Shown: piece by piece, positions 22,379 through 33,183 of the stretch
Position numbering within the stretch: position 1 is the first letter of the stretch
Layout: each line of letters begins with the position of its first letter
DNA from: Atractiella rhizophila
Taxonomy: Eukaryota
NCBI GenBank assembly: GCA_021432655.1
Contig: MU271675.1
Span: forward strand, 1 to 33,183
Reading direction: 5' to 3'
Length of the DNA stretch: 33,183 nt
Made by a program: the position numbers and the translations under genes
The notes under the pieces: model-generated
Databases searched by the model: none
What the model saw: only the letters and a program-made list of their open reading frames with translations
What the model was told of the DNA's origin: nothing

Positions 22379-25304
22379 ATGTCTGAAATGTTCCCTGGCG
22401 CCTTCCCCTCTACTTCTGCACCTCTGCCGCCTCTCACCGTACTATACTACTCCCACTCCAGCACAACCCGCCACCTCGTATCCGTCCTCACTAAAAACAT
22501 ATCTGCAGATCTTCCCGTGGAAGTGAAAACGGTGGATATCTTGGATGGATTTGACCTGGATGATCTGTTGGATGAGTCCACACCGAGATGGATTGTATGG
22601 ATGATACCTAGCTACAAGGCGGAGGAGGGTGGTGGAGGTGGAAAGGGCAGGGAGGTGGAAAGATGGGCAGAGGATATGAAGTATGTAGCTTTCCTTTTGT
22701 CGTAAGAGGCTTCATTATTGTTCTTCTGGTAAAAATGAAAACACGCTTGCGTGTCTTTCTTTGCACAGATGAACGCTGTGCACGTTAGTTGAAAGTGCTT
22801 ATGCGCTCTCTCTACCTTCATCTAAGATACGCCACTGCTTTCCGATCTGTGAGAGTTCGACAGCTTGTGCAGAACGAAATCATGAAATCAATACTTTATC
22901 ATGACAAAGAGCAAGGTCATTTGGAGCGTTGCGAGAGGGTTACTTGCTCCCAACTGGTTCATGCATTTGCCTGTTTGAGTTGTTCTTATTTTGCTGCTTC
23001 GCAAGGTCTAAAGGGCAAATCGCAAACGTCTAATGTAAACTGGAATGAATCCTTGATTGTTCGGTACCGGTTTCCAACTTTTCTGTGTCTTAGTACAATA
23101 TTCTCTGTTGCTACATCTGTTCCCTCACATCTATGTCGCAGTAGGGGAAACCCTCCACATTCTCTCTTAAAGATTTAGTATACATTTGTCTATTGGGATG
23201 CAATGCAAGCAGTACACAACTAATTTCATTGTTTGCACAGATACGATCAACGCCTGCACACCTCCACAACACGCCTGTCACATACACTCTATACGCTTGT
23301 CGCCATCGGCGACTCTTCCTACGGTCCGCTCTTCTGCAAGCAACCACTCCATCTCGCTTCCCTCATGAGCGAAATGGGTGCACGTCAGTTCCTCCCGTTC
23401 GTAGTGCCTCTCTTTCGTCTTATCAAGTCATGACCCGTGCCCCACTGGCAGAGCGAGAAAGTGCGATGTAGCTGTCGATCCTGAAGAGACCATCCGTCAA
23501 TTCGCCTCCATTCTATCAGATCGTGTGAACGAATTGGGATCCCAATATGATTCGAAAAACCTAGAAAGCTGGAAAGAATTCCTCGAGCTCGTCCCCATCC
23601 AAGCTCCCTCAGTCCGCGCTCGCTCCTCAAAGGCGAAACAAAAGCTGGCAGCAGCGAAAGAGAAAGCGGCGCTCAAAGCGCGTGTGAATGGAGCAGCTTC
23701 TCTTTCGTCTGATGATGAGGGAGAGGGCAAAGCGGCGGAGGAGGATATGGATATTGAGGATCTGGTTGCGATGGGGAAGGCGGAGGAAGAGAATGTGCCG
23801 AAAGATAATAGGAGAGAGATGATTACACCGCTTACGAGGAAGGCACTCACTAAGCAGGGGTATGAACTTGTGGGATCCCACTCTGGAGTTAAGACGTGTC
23901 GTTGGGTCCGTGTTTGCTGGTCCTCAGGCTTTTGTCATTAACCAATAACGATCATGTAGACGAAAAGCGCAATTCGTGGCCGTGGTTTCTGCTATAAGCA
24001 TGCATTCTACGGAATCCAATCACACCGGTGAGTAGCTACGGCTCGAGCTTCCGTCTTGGACTAAAACATACAAGCTGTATGGAAACGACACCGTCTCTCG
24101 CATGTGCAAACAAGTGCACATTCTGCTGGCGCTCACACACGAATCCGGTAGGGACGACGTGGCGATGGAAGGTTGATGATGCGGAGGAGATTGTGGACGG
24201 CGCAATTAAAGGGCATCTGAGACTCATCGGTCAGTTGAAGGGACTTCCTGGGCTGAGGGAAGAGCGGTTTGAGGAAGGTGCGTCGCCTTCTCTCTCTATC
24301 CCTGATCCTTAAATCACCCCATGTTACAGCGAAGACCCCACGGCATGCTGCTCTCTCGCTCGTGGGAGAGCCTATTTTCTATCCTCAAATACGGGAGTAC
24401 ATCGAACACCTACACTCTGTTCGTCTTCTCTACCCACTTTTCATTCCATCTAACACAATTGGCAGAAACATATCTCAACCTTCTTAGTGACTAACGCACA
24501 ATTTCCGGCACCTCTTCGTTCGTTAGGAAAGGTGACCCAGTTATATCTCTCCATCGACGCTGGGACGAAGGAGAGTCTGAAGCGTGTCGACCAACCTCTG
24601 CATAAGGATTTTTGGGAGCGTTTCTTGGAGTGCATCGACATTGTTAGGGACTACAAGATGCGAACAGTGTTCAGGTTCGTGTTTGCACTATCTACCTATG
24701 CCTGTTACAAGAAAGATTAATAATGAAGAACAGATTAACACTAGTGAAGGAATACAATACGGAAGAGCTCGATGCATATGCTGAATTGGTGAGACGAGGG
24801 AATCCAGATTTTGTCGAAGTGAAGGGAGTAACATATTGCGGATACGGTGGAAGTGGGGACTTGACGATCAAGAATTCACCATTCCATGACGAAGGTGCGT
24901 TTTCCCTTTCTACCAACCGTGTCGTAGCGCATGCTGATAATCGCACAACCAGTATGCAACTTCGTACAAGCTCTCGTCGACCGCCTCGACGGGTCGTACG
25001 GTATGGCTGCTGAACACAGACATAGCTGTTGCGTCCTCGCTGCACGGCAAGAATTCTACGATGGGGAGAAAGAGGAGTGGAGGACTTGGATCGATTATGA
25101 TCGGTTCTTCGAATTATTAGAGGGAGGAAAAGATTTTACTGCGATCGACTACTCGATCCCCACGCCGGAGTGGGCTGTTTATGGGAGCCCAGAAGCGGGC
25201 TTTAGCCCTGAAGATGTGAGAGTCCAATACTGATTATTAAAGGGGTATAAGCTGAAACTGATGAACAGACGAGATGGTTTAGGAAGAAGAAGGGTGAGGA
25301 GTAG
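22379..25304 (+). CDS. TYW1: tRNA 4-demethylwyosine synthase Tyw1 (flavodoxin-like + radical SAM + wyosine-forming domain)
   Basis: LTKQGYELVGSHSGVKTCRW, CYKHAFYGIQSH, CMETTPSLACANKCTFCWR (CxxxCxxC), HAALSLVGEPIFYP, TFLVTNAQFP, VTQLYLSIDA, FVEVKGVTYCG, AAEHRHSCC and YSIPTPEWAVYGSPEAGFSPED. Degenerate flavodoxin motifs VLYYSHSSTT and AIGDSSYG. ATG at 22379, TAG at 25302-25304. Confidence 0.95.
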
Positions 25305-25903
25305 ATTTGGCGTGTTCTCCTGTTGACTGCCGAGAGGGATTCGGATGGAGCCTTGTGCATAGGTTCGTCATGTTGTTGTGACTATTGGGCATCTCGAGTG
25401 CCTAAACAGTTGTACCACTTCAAAGCACTGAAAAAAGGAAGCCTAAGCATTCCTAGAGATAGACACAGCTTGGAATGCTTCCGCAGATGCAGCAAGACTT
25501 TCGCCAAATAGAAAACCTGATCAAAGGAAGATGTAGAACCACGCTCCCTCCTTTCTTACTAGTACATCTGCTGTTTCATCAGCATCTCTAAGTGATTGGT
25601 TGACTTTGCATCCCTGCTTTGTTTGAGCTCGATGTCTCATTGTAACATTGATCAAATGCATTCACGAAGACCCTACATCTATATTCCCGCTTCAATTGTT
25701 CGATTCTTGTTACCAGTTGCTTGTGGTCGGAAGTCAATCTTGAACATCTAATAGTATAGCAGTATGGAATTTTCTTCTTCCTTCTTACAATGCAGCGATT
25801 GTGGCATTACCTGAAGAATAGTTCGAGGTCTTGACAACAAACCAAACATAATTCTATAAACAACGCCGGTAGAAAAGCGCGAGATCCAAGTGCCCAAAGT
25901 CTT

Positions 25904-26870
25904 TTAAACAGTTTGATGATTCTTTCCTTCGTGATCAGGCCGCTTAGTGGTGACGATTTTATGGATGAGCCCCTTGATGTGCTTGCTACAAACTACAAGT
26001 ACGCCTATGGCCCATCCACCAACGATTGCTGGAAGAAACGCGAGGATCCATCTGCGGCTGGGCGTGAACCCGGATGTGATGATGAGGTGGAACGTCCAGA
26101 AGGCGAACCACGGGACAAGGTTACGAGCCGCTTCTCTACTTCGTGGGTTCCCTAATGCGATCGGAATGAGTGGGAAGAAGGCAAGCAGAAATTGGACGAA
26201 AGGCGTACTGGCGCGCATGCGACATCGGATATCCATCCAGGCTATGGCTGAGAGGAGGACGAGGAAGGCAGAGAAGTAACGTTGAAATATGCTTGGGTCT
26301 TCCTGATGTGTGTATCCCAATAAGAGGACAACAATCATCGAGATGACGGGAATCAGTTCCGGAGCAGGGACTCTTGCCTCAACTTCTGTTGACTGGCAAC
26401 ATACAGATCAATTTTTATGCACCCTTGGATAACAGGAAACATACCCTATTCAATTCCACCGTTGGAGGAGGACGAAGAGGCGCCGCGCTGGGAAAGCTGT
26501 TGATGATAGGGCTCTTTGTAGCCGGGATATCTTGGGAGAGGAAGAAGAGGCTTAAGACGCTTGCCGCTTGAAAATCAGAATCAGCTTTCCGACCAGAAAG
26601 CCAGAAACTCAGGCTCATCCCGTCTTAAGGAGCATTCCAAATCGTTTCTAATGCTTGCTCAAATGATGGTGTATACGCACCCATAATTGCAGATTCCGGT
26701 CTGCTGCTACGAGATTCCCAAACCCTCAAAACGTATTTGGCTAGATAGACAGCAATCCAGCGCCTGTTTGCCAAAGATCGCCCAAGTGGGGCCTTTTGTT
26801 CTGCTCCTCCTTCGACGATATTAATTACATGATGTTGCACAGGGGTTTGCTTATCAGTCATGATAGACAT
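25904..26870 (-). CDS. Unknown multi-pass (~4 TM) membrane protein, family copy 3
   Basis: ATG at 26870; introns 26624..26680, 26393..26444 and probably 26152..26208 give an open frame. PELIPVISMIV, AFLVLLSAIAWMDI, LVPWFAFWTFHLII and WILAFLPAIVGGWA align with copies 1 and 2. The last two introns match their phases (0 and 1). Confidence 0.7.
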
Positions 26871-28272
26871 TCTGAGGGGGTATAATTTGATCGGACCAGA
26901 GCAGTAATGTTTCAGCAATAATGGGGGAAAGTTCCCCGTCTTCCCCAGCTTTATATCTTTTACGTCTGAGATCTCTTAGTGTCTCTTGGTATTTGCGACT
27001 TAGAAGCTCTTACAACTTCAAGGATAGGCTTGAACGCCTTGGCGTCATCGAAATGAAGGGCATAAATCTCTCGCGTTCGTTCTGAAGCACTGTGAGGCTG
27101 AGCCTTCTAACATGTAAGATAATATTAAATTCAAGCGATAAATGCGAGTTCAAGTAATTAATATCTTCTCAAGCTAACAGCGAGATTAAAACTCAACTTT
27201 AATGAGGAGCTTAAGTGCCATGCAACCTCCACTTATAAGGTTCCGCAAAAACGCTGCGCGGTCTCGTAAACGCGAGTGAACACGTGGCGCAACTCTGTTC
27301 TTTCAACAGTCTAATGAACTGTGGAAACTTACCAGTACTCCGGGCTCAAGTTTTGTGGTCCGGTGCAAAATCAACCAATGGAGAGGTGGAAAAAGCTAGA
27401 TTTCAAGAAGAGAGAATGACAAATGTATGAGCGCTGCGAAGTGCAAGATAACAATGAGTATGAGTTGCATTCAGTATGTAAAGAAGCTACATTACCTGCA
27501 AAGTGTGAGATAACAATGAGTATAAGTCTTGCACTTGCAGGTTTACAAGCTTTGAAAACAGAGAGATCCTTGTAGCAAAAGATTGGTCACAGTTCCAGGA
27601 AGTGCTCAAAGAAAACTAAACATGCAAGTGCACAAGTGGTGAAAGGAGGAGGCGTACGATTCTGTCAGAGAAGAGGGCCTTTTATAGGCTTACAGGATTG
27701 TACGTTACAAGAGAGACAAAAGGGAATATAGGTGTGAACAAGCCTAAAAAAGGAGAAAGTGAAAAGTAAACAAGAGAGCCACAGAATTCCTCTGTCCTCA
27801 TTGAAGGGTTTTCCAGTTGTTCAAGGCACGGCATCTAATTCTCCTTACTCATCCTAGGCCCTTGGAAAGGATTTAAGAGGGCGACTTTGAGTATTTGTGT
27901 TTAAGGTTTCCGCTTCCAGAGAGGAAGTGCTGCGGGCGCCGTTGGCACCGCAATCTTTCTCACAAGCACGAAATTACCGGAGACTTGCATTTTACTCACA
28001 GCAAAGGATATCGATATCATTGGGGATCAAGAAATACGGTAGCTTTTCAATTTTTTTCTCAGATTGAGCTATATAAGAAGCAGAACACGCGGATAAATCC
28101 ATACAACATTTCTCAGGGTAAAGCTTATGGGGTCAGAGTAGGGACTGTGTGAGGCCTGTCAGCGATAATTTGTGTGGGAGCTACGTGAATAGGGGTTGTA
28201 TATTATATGTACTTTTAGGACTAACCAGTGATTATAAATTATGCACAAACCTCATTCGCCCAACGAAAACGA

Positions 28273-30650
28273 TCAAATCAACTTACCCTCCATCCTCGCC
28301 GTCCTCCTCTCCCTCCTAACCCTATCCCTCTTCTTCTTCCTCATGTTCTCCCTCCTCTTCCCAAACCTACTAATACCCTCCGGATCGACCTCTCTCTTCT
28401 TCCTCTCCTCCAAACCAGCCACCCTCTCCCTCTCCTCCTCCTCCAACACATCCTCAACCTCCACCCCCTTCTCCTTAACCTCCGCCTTCGACCTCCTCCC
28501 CACAACAGGCACCCCAGGCCGCTTCGGTCGATGAGGGAAAGCGTCTCCCCAATGGGACTTTCGAGCATCATAGTACGCCTGGCGACCCTGAGACCGAGGG
28601 ATGACTTGGTCTTCAAGCCATCCAGACGACGCACAGACGTGCATCGCGACGTGTCCAGACCTTTTGAGCGGTGGGGAGATGAGACGCGGCCAGTAGAGCG
28701 ATTCTTCCCTCTTGATTCCCGTGCCCGCCAACTCTTCGTCTAGTTCTATACTCTCTGTATCACCTTCTTCTTTTGCTGCTGATCCTGAGTGGTTTGACCA
28801 CGTCCCCTCTATCGCGTTAGTCGTGTTGGTTCCTGCTTCGAGGTCTACATGACGGTCCCAAGAAGGGTTTGGGTTCGGAGGCTTCTTCCCTCGACGAATG
28901 ACGAGGTATGAAAACTTGGCGTCCTCCTCTGCCTCCGCCGTCTTCCCTCCTTTCGTAGCTCTATGCCACTCCTCCGTCTGCACTCTCTGCGAGAAATTGC
29001 AGGTCCTCTTCAAATTGGCCAAAGGACAAGAATACATATGAGGGCAGGGGGCGACGATATGGGCTCCTCTCTCTGCTCCCTCTCCCTCTCCCGCAGAATT
29101 AGCCTCCTTCATATACTTCAACATCTGCGTCCTAGCCTCATTCAAATACCCAAACCCCCTCGGCGTCCCCCTCTCAATCAAGACCATGACTTCCGCTCCG
29201 CTCTGCCACAACAATCTCACCGTCCTCCGTCTCGCTTCGTCGTCCCCTAAATCCTGCAGCGTGAACGCGCACAACGCGAGGGTCTCCTTTCCTATCACTT
29301 GCTCTTCTTCTGTGAGCTCTGTGAAAGACGATGATGAGGAGGGAGGGAGGAGGGAGGAGAAAGCTGCGCGACGGAGAGGGTCGGAGGGGAGGGTGATGTC
29401 TGTTTTTGTGAAAGTGGTGCGGAGGTGTGAGAGGGGCGGGAGGAGCGGTTGATGGTTTGCTTTTGATGGTGTGGCGGTGGTGGGGTCTGAAGACTGATCG
29501 GAAGAGGAAGAGACGGGAGGAGGAGTGGGGGTTATGGATGGAGGGCGGGCGGTGTGTAGAAGGCGGTGGGAGAGAGAGATCATCGTTTGACTTATCTCCA
29601 ACCCAGTGTATTGCTGCAACGTGGAACCGAAAACTTCGTGTGCAGCCCTACTCAGACGTATCAATAAAATCTCCTGGAGGAAGAGAGGAAGCAAAGGGAT
29701 GTGCATACCAAACCCCACTCCCCGTCCCACTCCCCCAATCCACCACCCTCCTCACCGTAACCTCCTCTCCAATCCTCGCCTTCGTCTCCATCAACACTCT
29801 CAACGTCGCCGCATACGCATAAGGCATAACAGTAGCCGCATAAGCGATACAATTCCCCGGCAACTTAAACGACGGTCGTCCATCCTTCCCCTCTCCCTCC
29901 CCCGCCGCCTCCCTCTCCGCCGCACGAGCGAGCTCCCGCTCCCGCTTCTGTTTGGCAGCTACCTCCTCCGGCGCGTCCGAGGTCAGGATGGGGTCGTTCA
30001 GGTCTTCTTCTTCTTCGGCGGTTAGACGGGGAGTGAGGGAGGCTTGGGCTTGGGAGCGGAGGAGGTTTTGGAGGGACGCTTTGCGGGAGGGCTCGTTCTT
30101 GTTCTTTAACGACGAAGTTGAGGAAAGAGAGGAGGAGGAGGGAACGTCGGCAGCTGTGGAGCGGAGGTAGGCGTAGATGCTTTTAGAAGAAGAGAGGAAA
30201 GTGCTCCTCTCCATGCCTGCCGCCCATCCATCCAACTTTCATCAGTTCACTTCTCTCGCGATACAAAAGCAATACAACACAACGCAAATACAATATAAAT
30301 GCAGAAAAATCAAACTCTAAAAGAGAGGAAGAAGGAGGAAAAGAATACGAACCAGCAACGAACCCCCCAACACCCAACGCGAGCTCCTTCGGGAGTACAA
30401 CCATCCCTACCCGCTGACTCCCCAGCCTGGCAGCGGCACTACGCTTGCTGATCTCCCCCGGATTACGCCCTGGACCGACGCTTCCGCGGTGCGCGAAGAA
30501 GTCAGTGGCATAGGGCAGGTCCTGTATAGACTTAGACAGAGGAGGTGGGGGAGTGGGGGATGGAGATGAGGAGAGGATGGTGGAGGTGCGGAGTGGGGGG
30601 AGGGAGGAGAAGCGTCGGATGGCTGCGTGGGGGAGGAGAGGACGGGGCAT
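28273..30650 (-). CDS. RSM22: Mitochondrial small ribosomal subunit assembly factor Rsm22 (METTL17-like methyltransferase fold)
   Basis: Arg/Ser-rich N-terminal presequence, YAATLRVLMET, VVDWGSGTGSGVW, VLIERGTPRGF, HIVAPCPHMYSCPL, CNFSQRVQ, EDAKFSYLVIRRG, WPRLISPPLKRSGHVAMHVC and IPRSQGRQAYYDARKSHWGDAFP. Two introns. Confidence 0.94.
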
Positions 30651-32248
30651 GGGGTGAGAAGAGGGACAAAAAAGTCGAAGGGGATTGGTGGAGCTGCCGT
30701 GATATGAAAACTACGGGTAACATTTTTGTAGTGAGCTTGTGTGGACTTACAAACAATAATTGTGACATTTTCATGTCGATAGCAATGGTGCTGAGTAAAT
30801 GCGAAGGTGACATGAATAAGATGGGGTGAGGTAAATGGTACACTTTGAAAGGACGTGAGTACACGTTTCTTGGTGGACAAAATCAATTTCGATTTCACAT
30901 CTATTTGAGCCCCTTTCCAGAGGGAATGCTATGACCTATGTTCTTTAAAGCGAACAAAACAGATGTAGTTTCCTTAACTGGGATGATTGGAGCCGAAAGT
31001 CGACCTCGCTCTTCACTAGCGTCACTCTTTCATTTGAGTATTTTGAAGGGTCATGTAGGAGGTCAGTACCCTTTTCTTTCTCACAAATATATGTGGGACA
31101 ATTCACTAGCTATGATCTGCGCCCCAAGGTGGTGATACCGTAATCTTTGAATATTCAACCTTCTACCTGCTTCGCAACTTCTATCAGTGTCTCGACCCAC
31201 CGATAGGCATTGACAGCAATCAAGAAATAGTGCAGCTACTAGACCTATGTCAGGTTGATTTCCGTTGATTCGATTCGAGTTGCTGCCCGTAGTCCACAAT
31301 TCGAAATACACTGTGCGGAGCGGGGAACCAAGAAGGCAAGAGGTCGAGGGAACTGTTCATTGTTTTCTTGGAGCGCCGAGGGTGTGACGGAAAATTGTGT
31401 TTCTCTCGAATTTATTTTGCACCACGTTTCGTCTTTCACTTCTCACCACGTGAGCGACGATAGTTGCTATCATCCGTCGCTGAGAATGACCATTGACCGC
31501 GCTTCTATTTCCCGTCCTTACTCCTTCATCTTAATATGCTGATGGCAAAGTCGTTGGTCCTTCATGTCACTATGTTGATGTCAAAGAATGAGAATTGAGG
31601 CTCCCAGTAACGATGGTGAGAGCAGAGACGTATACGTTCTAAACACTTTCCGTAAGATTGCAATCTATTTTGACTGGATCCCTGTTTTGTGCCTTGTGCT
31701 TTAAGAAAGAGGGACAACGTCCCGCCCGCAGATCGAGAAATCAAGGGCAGTCGATTGGGCGTCATATGGAATGACCACACCATCAATTATCGACCACTGA
31801 CGTCGCATAACCCTTGGTGTGTTCGGTCTGTTTGATCACTTCGAATATTGTGGTGCGTTGACAGGATATACCGTGACAGCTATTGATTTTATAACGTGGG
31901 AAGTGGTGAGGAACAAGGGAGAAGCGTCCACCTTGTCTAGACAGAGAGAAAGAGACAGAGGGATCGTGTAGATTGAATCTCTTCTCTTTCGTCGTCGTCG
32001 AAGTCAATAGCAGGCAAGGCCAGCTCGTTCATTGACGCACCTGTTTCGACACAACACGACGTTCGAGCGAATTGTAAGATAAGATTGATGACATGGGCCT
32101 TCTGAGTATGTTTTTCTCTCTACCATCTTAATCAATCCCATAGGGAATTGAGGATGACAAGGACTCATGACCACTAGGACTCAGCACGGCGCAGCCACCA
32201 ATCCCTTCTCCCGTTGCAATTACTAGAGTAGCCCAGGGTCATTCGGGT

Positions 32249-33183
32249 TTGTTGAGGCGATCTGTGGCTGCTGAAGTTGAGAAAGTAAGGGGGGGTTCGA
32301 ATGAGAAGGCTGTGAAGCAGAAATGGGAAGAAGAGAGTCAAAAGAAGAAAGAGGAGGGAGAGGAAGAGAATGAAGAAGAGAATGAAGTAGAGAATGAAGT
32401 AGAGAATGAAGTAGAGAATGAAGTAGAGAATGAAGTAGAGAATGAAGAAGAGAGTGAAGAAGAGGAAGAGAATGAGGAAGCGGAAGCGGAAGAGAATAAA
32501 GAAGAGGAAGAGGGTGAAGAAGAGGAAGAGGGTGAAGAAGAGGAAGAGGGTGAAGAAGAGGAAGAGGATGGAGACTTGAAACCCAATGCGGCCACCAAGA
32601 AAGAAAACCGTGACCAAAAGTTAGCATCCACGAGAGATGACACGACACAAGATGAGGACAAAAGTTCCTCAGGATCGTCTTCAGATGCACAAACATCGCA
32701 TGAGGGTAAAAACAGCGCTGATACCGTTTCAGTAGCAACGAACTTTCCCGTATGTGGTGCGTTTTCTCTTTTGGTTTTACCGGTTGTAACTCAAGACTGG
32801 CATTACTTCCACACCTTCACCTCTGCAGGGCCCTGCAACAAGGTACACAAGGCATGCGAATATAAGGGAAAGAAACGGGTCTCTGGAGACCCTATTCCCT
32901 GCGACCGTTGTGTCAGGAAAGGCTACTATTGCCTGTACGTGCTTTGTCACATTCATTTATTCTAGGCCACCAAGAACATGGACATTTCATAGCCCGTTTG
33001 AGAGGTTCATACGAAAGGGAGTAAGTTTCAAGGATCGAATTGCTTGCGGTGGGCCATTTTATCTCCCTCCCCAACCGTTAGCAACTAATTTTATCCAGAG
33101 GAGTGTCATCGAAGGAAGAAGAAATGCAACAAAGACGAAGGCGCGGTATCTTGTCAATTTTGCTGGAACAAAAAAATCCCTTG
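32249..33183 (+). CDS. Protein with a long acidic tract and tandem Zn(II)2Cys6 clusters; start unresolved, 3' end beyond the window
   Basis: Splicing 32757..32828 gives C-GP-C-NKVHKA-C-x14-CDRC-VRKGYY-C. Splicing 32935..(32965 or 32992) and 33049..33098 gives C-EE-C-HRRKKK-C-x8-CQFC-WNKKIP-(C). Confidence 0.75.
32366..32554 (+). repeat. Coding minisatellites: 12-mer GAGAATGAAG(T/A)A x7 and 18-mer GAAGAGGAAGAGGGTGAA x3
   Basis: Read directly at 32366-32449 (ENEV/ENEE) and 32501-32554 (EEEEGE). Confidence 0.9.

Noticed and set aside
22207..22437. Minus-strand ORF (GAEVEGKAPGN...NRAKWCAFVWL) faintly like the first exon of membrane copy 3
   Set aside because: Similarity is too weak by eye, and the ORF overlaps TYW1 coding sequence antisense.
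28228..30170. Several plus-strand ORFs over RSM22
   Set aside because: Low-complexity antisense frames of a well-supported minus-strand gene.
32366..32554. Regular repeats resembling a CRISPR array
   Set aside because: Head-to-tail coding repeats with no spacers, in a eukaryotic context.
32174..32738. Minus-strand ORFs rich in F/L/I/Y, H/S/L or S/F that look like membrane or repeat proteins
   Set aside because: Antisense shadows of the GA-rich acidic minisatellite on the plus strand.

Overview
Eukaryotic, intron-rich fungal DNA (most introns ~45-60 nt with GT-AG and CTRAY-type branch points; a basidiomycete origin is inferred, not proven). Housekeeping genes are a DHA2-type MFS efflux pump, proteasome lid subunit RPN5, APC10/DOC1, TYW1 and mitochondrial RSM22, plus a tandem Zn(II)2Cys6 gene running off the right edge. 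Mixed in are the 3' end of a CACTA/EnSpm-like transposon, a disabled LRR-like gene, and three paralogs of an unrecognised multi-pass membrane protein family with shared intron positions. The main finding is a fully delimited 6.7-kb DNA transposon (15571-22293) with 29-bp imperfect TIRs, a perfect 7-bp TSD and an intron-containing P-element/THAP9-like transposase. That transposase is interrupted by a nested solo LTR, and removing the LTR restores the reading frame. All calls come from manual reading and motif recognition; no database searches were run.
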